A stretch of 64,000 nt of DNA from Octopus sinensis (Eukaryota): assembly GCF_006345805.1 (NCBI RefSeq), contig NC_043005.1, forward strand, positions 32,116,001-32,180,000, in the 5' to 3' direction. Made by a program: the position numbers and the translations under genes. Positions 53,501 through 64,000 of this stretch are shown here, in pieces (the first letter of the stretch is position 1; every line of letters begins with the position of its first letter). The notes under the pieces are model-generated. The model was not told the DNA's origin. It was given only the letters and a program-made list of their open reading frames with translations, and made no database searches.

Positions 53501-54274
53501 TAAATTTCTAACACTGAAACAAGGTTACAAATTTGGAAATAAGGTAGTGAAATCAACCCCAGTACTTCACTGGCCTTTTATGTTACCACAAGGGATTGTA
53601 TTCCAACACCTTAACAATTCTGTCAATTTGGTTCTTAAATAGGTATCATGTCATGGTACAGCTTACAACTGTATGTAGCATGAACAATGGAGAATTAACA
53701 AGTGTTTTGTCTGCTTATGTTAAAGAACATGCAGACTTATTCACAGTGGCCCCACAATATCACAGTGTAGCCCCTTTGTATCACTAACATGGCCCCTTAA
53801 TATTACATAATGGATTTCATATAAGGTTTTGTTTCAGCAATATGTCTATATCACAGAGAAAAATCATCAACAAGTTCCCTCCCCCAAAATTTCAAGCCTT
53901 GTGCCTATAGCAGAAAAGATTACTATTATTATTGAGTGAGAGAGCAGCACACACCATCAAAGTGATGCTGGGGTACAAATAAATAAAGCATAATATACCC
54001 ATCATGACTACCCATCAGATAAGGTTACACCAGGCACATGCATCATATGCAACATAGTGACCTCATATCAAGATAAACAGTGCATGACCTTGCAAGTGGG
54101 GCCCAGTTAGAAGTTTCTTCAGGTCAAGTAGCCTATTCCATTCAAAAGGTTCCTGAATAAGGGTTGTTTAAGAATGATGAATGAAGCACTCATGTTTCCA
54201 GGGATGAATTATTCAAACCCCAAAGAATCCCTCCCCTTATTATTGTTGTTTCTGTTGTTATCATCATTATTTAA

Positions 54275-54495
54275 GTGACAAGCTGTTAGCATGCCAGGCA
54301 AAATGTTTAGAGGCATTTCGTCTGTCTTTATGTTTTGAGTTCAAATACCACCAAGGTTGACTTTGCCTTTCATCTTTTCGGGGTCAATAAATTAAGTACA
54401 AGTGAAACACTGGGGTCGGTGTAATCGACCAGTCCCCTCCCAACAAATTTTAGGCTTTGTGCCTTTAGTAAAAAGGATCATTATTATTATTATTA
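54275..54495 (+). mobile_element. SINE family B copy
   Basis: GAGTTCAAATACC..CTTTGCCTTTCATCTTTTCGGGGTCAATAAA..AAAGGATCATTATT tail. Confidence 0.85.
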
Positions 54496-54499
54496 TCAT

Positions 54500-54601
54500 T
54501 TTACTGTCTTTGCACAGCTTCTAATGCTGGAAATGTACTACAGTATCAGCTGTTCACTACCAGTGAACTAAGGTAACACCCCTTATTTGTTTCTGCTGCT
54601 A

Positions 54602-54648
<47 letters not shown>

Positions 54649-56412
54649 TTAATGTCTTTGCACAGCTTCTAACGCTGGAGATGTACTACAGTGTCAGCTG
54701 TTCACTACCAGTGAACTAAGGTAACACCTCTTATATTTTGAGCACCATCCAGATTATTCGAGCAGTTCCAAGCAGTGCTGTTTTCTGCAAGTGCTCCACT
54801 CTTATTGCAGCCCCTATTTGTTTAATGTACTTCTCAAGATTTTTACTCACTGTTTCCAGGGCTGTGACAATTATTGGTACTACTACCACCTGTCATATCT
54901 ATCGACTTTTCTTTCTTCCTTATTGCATACCTTACATTCATTAGTAATATGCAATACAGTTTCACCATTTTGTTCACAAATTCTGCACTTGTCACTTTTT
55001 GATGTGTTGTCTATTCTGTATTTGATGTACTTGGTTCTGTCTGTGTCACTTTTTGGGTGGAATATCCCATATCTAGTCAGCAACTTTCTTGTCTTTCTGT
55101 CTAAGTTGTTTAGTTCATCTACTGTCCATGCGATTACCCCTGCTCCATATCTAAGGAGTGAAACTGCCCAGGTGTTGATAGCTTCAATCTTATTCCATCT
55201 GTTTAATTTTGACTTAAGGATCAGTCTCAGTCTGCGCAAGTACTCCACCTTAAATTTTTCTGTCATTTCTTTCTCCATCAATTTATCCATTTCCAATATC
55301 CCCAAGTATTTATAGCCTGTCTCCCCTATCTGCTTTATAACCTCCCCTGACAGTATCACCCATCCATACATTTGACTTTGCCTCTCTTCAAGACTAACAC
55401 ACCACACTTTTTCAGTCCGAACTCCATTCTGATATCAGCACTGAAAGTATACACCATATCAACAAGGGAATTGACGTGGGATTCATCTTTACAATAAAGT
55501 TTGAGGTCATCCACAAATAACAAGTGCTTTTCTTTCCTCAGAATCAGTGTTAGTGACATCATGCATAGTACAAAGATCAATGGGGACAGGCACTCCCCTT
55601 TGAAGATGCCTCTCCTAATTTCTATTATCCCTAAGCTTCTTCCATATGCTGTTCCATCTTCCACTTCGCCATACTTTTTCCAAGCAATCACTCAATATTC
55701 AATGCAATACTAAATAGGTTCATACATTCCATAATCCAAGAATGTGGGATCATATCATGCACCTTACAATAACTGATCCATATCATGGCTTAGTTAGTTT
55801 TCTTCCTTTTGCAGTCTCTAAGTACAGTTTTGTCTACCAGGAGTTGATCCTTGGTACCTCTGCACTTACGCTTGCAACCCTTCTGCTCATGTGGTAGGAC
55901 TCCATTTTTTTCCAGATGTCCTTACACTGACTCTGCGACTATTCCAGTCAATAATTTCCCCATAAGTGGCAAGTAGGATATTGGCCTGTAATTGTCTACT
56001 GTATTGCCTTTTTCGATGTTTGTCAAGCACAACACTATCCTACCCATTGTCAACCACTCAAGTGTTACTTGATTAGCATTTAACAAGGTGTTGAGTTGTG
56101 CAGCTATTCATGCAGGACATTCACCAAATCTTTTGATCCGGTAGCCTTGAACTCCATCTGGTCCTAGGGCCTTCAAGTTGCCCATTTTTTTGCTGATTTC
56201 CTTCACTTCCCTAACTAGGACAGACTACTGTTTGTCTCAGTTCTTGTAACCATTCAGCATTTTTCTTGTGCTCCTTGTCTTTGCTCCAGATATCATTCCA
56301 AAACCTTTGACCTTCAATGTTATCTGGTATCAACTTTTCATCTGTATACTCTCCATTTATTTCTTTGTAGAATCTCTTCTGATCTACTCTGAATAACCTA
56401 TTCTTTGGTCGT
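54500..56412 (-). mobile_element. R4/Dong-like non-LTR element, 5'-truncated and degraded, with duplicated 3' UTR
   Basis: QKNRLFRVDQKRFY, RRGIFKGECLSPL, LLFVDDLKLY, YKYLGI, CRIC..ETVLHITNEC and LQKTALLGTARI motifs. Ends in (TAA)n. Confidence 0.88.
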
Positions 56413-58955
56413 ATCTTGCTAGTGTGATTGTTCCTTTGCACAAGCACAGGTTCTGGGCTGAGAAGCCATGATGGCATAGATGTTCCTGTAGCTGAATGTC
56501 TTTGATAGTTAAAGAGATGTTCATGAGGAGTGGCATTGGTGGACATACAAAGTAGAGATCTGATTGAATGCAACACGTCTGGAAGAACGGTTTCCCATGA
56601 AGATACTGGAAGGGCACAAGTTTTCAAAGAGAATAGTACTGGTTTCCAAATAGTACCATTATATCTTTCTACATGACTGTTCTCAGTAGGATTGTACGGT
56701 GTTATCCTACTCCTTACTAAGGAGCCATTCTCTCAATTTTGTAGGCATAAAGGTAGTTCCATGATTGGAATGTACATAACTGAGCATACTAAAAACTGGA
56801 AACAAGTCTATAAAACATCTTATCACAGTCTGAGCTGATGTGTCAGATACTGGATAACCAAACGGAAACCGAGAGTATTCGTCAACAGTTGTTAGAAGAT
56901 TAGGATGCTTCGTGGAAGGAATCAGGCCTCTGAAACTGATTGAAATTCACTTGAATGGCTGCATGGCCTTAATTAAATTAACTAAGTTTGGTTTATAATA
57001 TTGTGGCTTCACTTCTTGACATACAGAGCAATTCCTACAAATTTGTTTCACGTTCTCCAACGAATATGGAAGATTTTTACTGCGGACGAAATGATGAAGG
57101 CGTACTACACCAGGATGGCACTATGTTGCATGTAACTAATGAAGTGAACATGAACTGATTGCTGAACAGCGTACCCTTATGAATGCATCCGGAACGATAT
57201 TACTGAATCTTGGGTGATAGTGAATATCATATGGGTATGGAGATAATGCAATGCGCCATCTCGAAATTTTATCATTTTTAATTTTGCTCGTCACTTTATA
57301 ATTATACATGAATGCAACAGGACATTGATCAGTAATTAATGTGAAATGTCTACCTAGAAGAAAATGTCTCCAATGATGAATTAATTCAATAATTGCTTGG
57401 GCTTCCTTTTCAACAGAGGAGTGGTGCTGTTTGCTACCTTGTAGCATGCGAGAATGGAATGCAACTGGTTTTCCATCTTAATTTAGTGTTGGAGATATAG
57501 CAAAATTCGAAGCATCCGTCTCAACAGTAAATAAGAATGTTCTCATCTACTATTTGAATGGCAGCATTAGCTAGTTCTATCCTCGATGACTCAAATGCTT
57601 TTACTTGTTGGCTATTTAGAGGAAATTTTGATACATTATTGAAAGGATATATTTTGTCAGAAAATTTGGAAATCCACTTAGCATAAGAAAACAAACTGAC
57701 TATATGTTTTAATGATTTCTGGTTGGTTGGTGTAGGAAGACTGAGGAGTGGAGCAAGCCTTTCTGGGTCAGGGCTGAGAGTATTGTGTGAGATACAGTAT
57801 CCAAGAAAGACTAGAGTTGTTGTTGAGTAAATGCATTTCTTTTCATTCATGGTGAGCCCCTCACTTTTTGCTGCTATTTCACATTTTTCTAAATTCTTAT
57901 CATGGTCATTTTGATCTTTCCCACATATAGTTAAATTGTCTATGAATGGGAATGTATCTCGCAGCTTGTATTTACTCACAAAGTCATCCATTAGATGTTG
58001 GAAACATGCACTGCCATTAGTTACTCTGAATGGCATCCTATAGACTGCCATAATTTACTGTCAGCTTTAAAGGCAGTGAATTGATCTTTCTCTGATAGAG
58101 GAATTTGATGGTATACTGAACATAAGTCTATAGTACTGTAGACCTTATACTTGGCGATGGTGTTTACTAACTCATCGATTTTAGGAATAAGGTAGGCATT
58201 AAGCTGTGTATGTGTTAATTGTCTCTGAATAGTCAATCACCATTCTTCGCCTTTTTCTCTTGAACAACTAGCACTTGTGATCTCCAAGGGGAGTTACTGG
58301 GTTCAATAATGTTCACTTCTGCCAGGTGGCATATTTCTATCTTGAATAGCCACAAAACCAACATTGAGAGGGTTTTCTTTTTTGGTTCACAGCAGAGTGT
58401 TCTTCTGGTTTTGAGTAATCAATTGGCTTGGCTACAATGGGTGCTGTTGGACTGAAGTTGGCACACTCAGAATTTGAAAAGACACTGGAATCCTGTTGTG
58501 CTACATCAAGTGAACGTGCTTGATCATAAGCTGTACTGAGGTCAACACTTTTGCTTTCTAATAGTCTTTGTCTTATCTGATTCAAAATGAATCATTTCAG
58601 ATCAGTACTGCTCAGCATTCACTGCAACAAAGTCATGGTCTTTCGCTAGTATTTTGAGTTCATGTAAGTTTAGAGATTCTCTGGGCTTTTGTTTTCTTGT
58701 GGCCAAAAGATGGCATGTCATTATGATGTTCTTAGGTTTAATATACACACTCTTTACTGTATTTACAACTTGTTCATAGTTCTTAACTTCACTAATGTAT
58801 TTGTATACATTTCAGTTCTACATAATTAATCAAAAGATTGAGGTTATCGATAATTCTACCTTCCTGCCCTGGAAGTGAATCTATAAAGTTGGTGAAAGTT
58901 CTAAACCAATGATTAAAAGTCTTGTCGACATTTGAAGAGACTGCACTGGTTTGAT
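56413..58955 (-). mobile_element. Ty3/gypsy internal region (gag-RT-RNaseH-integrase), degraded, no LTRs seen
   Basis: CWFCG knuckle, SPW, IDL.SVYHQIP, RMPFRVTN, FPFIDNL, RNase H SSVEKEA..FTLITD, LHHFVRSKNLP, LTVDEYSRFPF, ITPYNP and VLHSIRSL..TNATPHE, in gypsy domain order. Confidence 0.92.
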
Positions 58956-58959
58956 CATA

Positions 58960-59497
58960 TGATTCAGATAGATGAGGACAGTTGCATAAGCAAGTGCTGA
59001 CCACTTAAAGTAGAGGGAGATTGTGGAAGAGGGAGATCCAGAAAAATATGGGATGAAGTACTGAAGGCTGATCTCAAAACACTGAGCTTTACAAAGGAGA
59101 TGACAGAGGACCAAAGTATGTGGCACACTGTTGTATTCAAGAAGACCTGCCCACCACAACAGAACTGATATCCTAAAATCAAGGTACCACATAAAGAGCA
59201 TTGGTGTTGGTACTGGTGTCACATAAAAACACTAGTGCTGGGGTCATGTAAACAGCACTAGTGATAGTGCCATGTAAAAAGCATTGGTGTTGGTGCAACA
59301 TAAGAGTATTGGTGAAGGTGCCACATAAAAAGCACCCAGTACACTCTGTAAAGTGGTTCACACTAGGAGGGGCATCCAGCTGTAGCAACCAAGCTAAAAC
59401 AGCCTATAGAACTTGGTGAGGCCCCTGACCTTGCCAGTTCCTGTCAAGCTGAAACCCATTCCAGCATGGAAAAATGGACACTAAATGATGATGATAG
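58960..59497 (+). mobile_element. RTE LINE 3' end with ~26-bp tandem units
   Basis: VEGDCGRGRSRKIWDEVLKADL; about six GGTGCCACATAAAAAGCAC-like units; TGATGA tail. Confidence 0.85.
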
Positions 59498-60435
59498 GCT
59501 TTATTTCTTTTATCTCCTTTTTTGTCTTCCCTAACTAAAGGCATTGTCCAGTTTTCTTACTCTACTCTATGTTGCCTGAGATATACCAACACGTCATATG
59601 TGTGTTTGCGTATGTTGATAAGTGAGGGGTGACACTTGATAATGTAGTTCAATACAACACTACAAAAACTGAAGATAGTGACAGCCGAAATGGCTTTGAT
59701 TATAGATCTGCTGGGTCTAGGTTGACTTGGGGCTAAACAACAACATAAGCAGTTGTTGTTTTAGTGATATTCCCTGCAACCACTCCTCACAGTTAACTTT
59801 AATGTTTGTGACCTAATAAATAATAATCTGAAAACGAAAACAAAAGCCATAAGAAATAGTATAGTGATAACTTTGGCCTCTACTTTCTCTCCTCAGCACC
59901 ATTCCAGTCATAGAAAATACCGCTTTGTTTATTTTTCTTAATATAATCAAATTACAATTTCCATGGCAAGACAGACTTGATTCTGCAAGAAGGAGGTCAC
60001 AGTTAAAAGTTGTGAACATGATAGCCTTAAATTTACTCCCTGTAAATTCAACTGAAAAGTGGGTTAGTTTGGAATTTTGGGGTGATGGGTGTTGTTTCGA
60101 AAGTAACATTAACATTTTATATGTATACAACTATATGTATACACACACATGGTTGACAGTAAAGACGTTTGCCTTGTAATCATGAGGAGCTACATTTAAT
60201 GTTACCACAAGTCCCCTCTACAGTTAGAGTCTTCTACCATAAACGCAGGCCAACTAAAGCATTGTGACTGAAGTTGGTCAAACTGGAATTTTACTGAAAT
60301 CTGTAGCATTATCTAATAATGACCCAACTCTGCCATATAGTATCATGGTAATTCTCATTGAATATCAAATTAACTGTACAAGAATCTACAAAATACAGAA
60401 TAATTTAACAAACTATTTAAAATGGTGGTAATTAA

Positions 60436-60633
60436 CCCTTTAATATTTAAAATATTCTACCTATTATCTTCGAACCAGCTAGATCTGGCCTCTCACACCT
60501 ACTCTACAATGTCATTTTAAAAATGAAGAACCACATCATTGAAATCTCAAAGCTATGAGATAGTGCATAGATATTCAAAACAATCCAAATAAATAAGCAT
60601 TACAACTGACAAAGTAATTTGAATGCTAAAGGG
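60436..60633. mobile_element. TTAA-flanked MITE (piggyBac-like ends)
   Basis: TTAA-CCCTTTAATATTTAAA ... TTTGAATGCTAAAGGG-TTAA; TIR matches 13/16. Confidence 0.75.
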
Positions 60634-61908
60634 TTAAAACATTTTCAGAATTAAATATTTCAATAAATTAAAGTGATACATTGTTATGTGATATAAAAAT
60701 GACATGAATAAAAATTCTTTTCTTCATGTAGATGTGTGTGTATGTCAGGTGTATATAATTGTTTCCAAATATCTTTTACATACTGGAAGTGATTGGTTTC
60801 ATTATCACTGTTCAATGTCGGTCTTCCATGCAGGAATGGGTTGGATAGTTTAACAGGATCCAACAAGCCAAACAACTACATCAAACTTCAGTGTCTGCTT
60901 TGGCAGGATTTCTATAGCTAGATACCATTTCTAACACCAAACAAACAATGTACAGAATCTACTGGGTCCTTTTTGCAAAGCACTGGCACAAATAAAAGTC
61001 ACCAGGTTGCTTGCAAGACATAGAAAGAGAAAAAGAAACCTTTTAGCGGGAAATGGTTTTATGCCAGGTGTTGAGAGTACAGGCATAGGTAACCTTTTTC
61101 AAGAAATGGGCCACATGGGTCATAGCACATCTTGCTAAAAAAATTCAAGGTAATTTTCCATTAGGCATATCATTCAGAAAATCCTATGGGCTGCAACCTG
61201 CAGTTTGCCCATGACTGGTCTAAAGCATGACAGAGGGTCAGGTATAGGTATCTTGCTATGGTTGGATGATGGCAGGGGGAATTAATGTTTCTCACTTTCA
61301 GCAAAACATAAAATGGATGATGATGACATCATTTCCAATATACATTGGAATATTGTTAAATAAATGACACCTATTTTGCTCAATCACTATGTCCATTTAC
61401 TTATGTCAACGATCTTAGATTGGATGGATGAAGTAAATAATTGACAAGGGTAGAGAGGTGAGCTATGATACATGAATTTAAGGAAAAGTATGGGAGAACA
61501 GTATAGAAAGTGGTGAAAAGCTGCAGAACAGTAATAAAGATACACAAGGGAGGAGAAGGATGAGAAAATGAGAAAAGAATTATTGAAAAATAAGTTGCAT
61601 GAGTGTGAGGGGAAAGACAGTCATAGTGCATAGGGAGAATGAGAAATGTATGGTGGTGACATTTAAGGATGATCAATGTGAAATATGAGTGGAGAGGGAA
61701 AATGTAAGGAATGAAAAATGGATGTCAAATGAAATGGCTCAAAGTCGTGAGGAAGATAACTGATATCATAGGAAAAGATGATGAAATATGCAGTCTTGTC
61801 CTCAATTACAGCAGCAGAATATTGCAGTTAGGCAAGGTCAGTGATAAAGATAATGGGTAGTGGGGAAAGCTTGATGAGGAAATTGAACAAGGAGCCCAGT
61901 TATGCAAA

Positions 61909-61939
<31 letters not shown>

Positions 61940-62649
61940 CGCTTCTAGATCTTCATTTTTAGTAAGACAGGTGAATATTCTCAAGTATCAAATATCATCA
62001 GTCATCCCAGTCCTTTTGTCATCACCTCTGTGAAGTTAAAAACTCCATGATCTGACCTTCTTTATACAACTGTCCTCATCCATACACACCATATGTTTTT
62101 ACAATCTGCTTTTCATTCTGAAAATAAAACCTTTTGTTACCAACAGAGGTAATAGCTCTTTCTCAAGCCTGTTCTTATTCTAACAACTGTACTTTCAATA
62201 CATACACATTCACTATAAATTAGGTCATCTAGCTAAGAGAAGCTATTTACTACTTGTATGGAACCTACAAGACTTTGTGAGCATTTGACAAAGTTTATTT
62301 CCCATGTGTTCTTAGTGCTTATTGCTTCTGAGCATCTGCCACATACAAAGTGTAATCTCTGTTTATCTTCCACTGTATCTCTTGTAAGTTCATAGTTTGC
62401 ATTGGGTACATCATATGGAATTCATAACAGCTCCTTTTCTATATGTTGAGCGAGACCATTTCCCTGATGGAGGCAGAGTTCTGTTTCTTTTCCTACTCAC
62501 TAAAACTTTGTTAACTATGTTAACTTTGAGTCCATTTGTGATTCCTAGTTTTGCTTCCACACCTAGAATTTCTTTTCTAATTGTTCCACAGTTTCAGTTA
62601 TAAGAACAAGGTCATCAATATAAAGGGCAAAGGAAACAAGTTTTAAACT

Positions 62650-64000
62650 TCTCTGTAATAGGGGATTGTTTGGCAGAATGTTGAACAGTTGTGGATCCTT
62701 GAAACCCAAGCTGTTATAAGTACTGGGTCCTGATTCAAGATAGAGAAGATGTGATCTTTGGTAGTATACAGTGCTGTCCTGTTCAGTGGTTAGTATAGCC
62801 TACAGTTCCAAAGTTGGGAGCCAGACCTCCCAGGATCTCCCATATCTATATCACTGTATATCTTTCGTGCCTTTTCTCAAGGGAGTAGAGTACCTCTCCC
62901 AGTAGCTCATCTGTTTCACCAAGTCAGTCTTCTTTGTGTAGTGGTGCTGGATTGCTTCAAGTTCTGACACTAGTTTGATGCTCTGCAGTGACCACAGTTG
63001 AGAGCAGTAATCCAGACAACTGAAAACAAAAATTCTCCATAGGAGTAGCAAGGTATTGTTTTTTCATGGTTCTGAATGATCTCAGAATCCATCCAATTAC
63101 TCACTTGCAAAGTGTTGCCATCTTGGTAATACGCACATGGAATGTTGCATCATTACTTGTATGGATTCCTAGGTCATGCACCAACTGATTCTGGGATTGC
63201 ACTATCCCCTGGTCCTGTGTATTCTGATTGTATTCTCTTTGTGGGCCAATAGTGGAGTGCTTGAAACTTCTCAGAATTGAACTGCATGTTATTTTCACCA
63301 GCCCATTTGTATATTGCAAACAAATCATTTTGCAGTTTTAGTATGTTATCAGGGTCCTTGACTACCTGTGATACTTTTATATCACATGTGGTGGTTCCCT
63401 CAAACATGAATGCCTGACGTCATGTCTGAGAGAGTCACTACAAACAGTAACGGTCCCACTACAGTTCTTAGAGGGATTCTGCAGTGAATTAATGCCTCTC
63501 CCAAAGACAGTTCACTGACAGTGCCATTGACTGCAACTATCTGACTTCTGCCTTTTAAAAAGTCATGCAGCCACTCTTCCAGTTTTCCAGTGATACTAAA
63601 GTCACACAGTTTGTGACATATCACCCTATTATCAACTTTGTCAAAGACTGACAAAGTTGAGATATATCACATCCACATTTGAGTAGTTGAACTATTGTTT
63701 CAGTACCCAGTCGTAATGCTGTAGTAGCTATGTGAAGCAGCTTCTTCCTGGACAGAAGCCATGTTGTATATTTGTGAGCAAGTTATTCTCTTCCTGGAAC
63801 GTGATCAGTCTCCTTCCGACAATGCATTTCATGACCTTGCTAACATGTGATGTCAGAAAGATAAGCCTGTAATTTTTAGCACCTGCTCGGCTTCCTCTTT
63901 TACAGACAGGGTATATTATACCCTCATTTAACAATTTGGTCAATTTAGCACATGCAAAGAAACTCTGTAAAAACATCTGAAGTAGTGAGAGCTCTCTTGC
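62650..64000 (-). mobile_element. CR1-type LINE RT, degraded, runs off the window
   Basis: NYRLIFLTSHVSK, QHGFCPGRSC, VFDKVD, GPLLFV, LQNDL..W..N.MQFN..K and LDYCSQLWS motifs. Confidence 0.88.

Noticed and set aside
61080-61217. hAT-type MITE (CAGGCATAGGTAAC / GTTTGCCCATGACTG)
   Set aside because: The TIR match is weak and the 8-bp flanks do not form a TSD.

Overview
AT-rich, CpG-poor eukaryotic DNA with many microsatellites. The SINE/LINE repertoire suggests an octopod cephalopod (inference). The only host gene I can support is a minus-strand KCTD2/5/17-family BTB gene (insomniac-like). Five GT-AG coding exons at 33350-33458, 20105-20196, 16093-16188, 13331-13456 and 9968-9997 splice in frame to 150 aa plus stop. 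The first coding exon was not found and probably lies beyond 64000. The rest is mostly decayed transposons: RTE, R4/Dong, CR1 and Penelope retroelements, an LTR-less gypsy body, two mariners, MITEs and several tRNA-derived SINE families. The most notable non-standard signals are a CpG-decayed type I hammerhead ribozyme beside Penelope remnants, a structure-conserving 62-bp stem-loop array in an RTE 3' UTR, a long hairpin in the putative 3' UTR, and an intronic CRE/AP-1 cluster. I found no convincing wholly new protein-coding system. Repeat boundaries are approximate unless a TSD or TIR is quoted.
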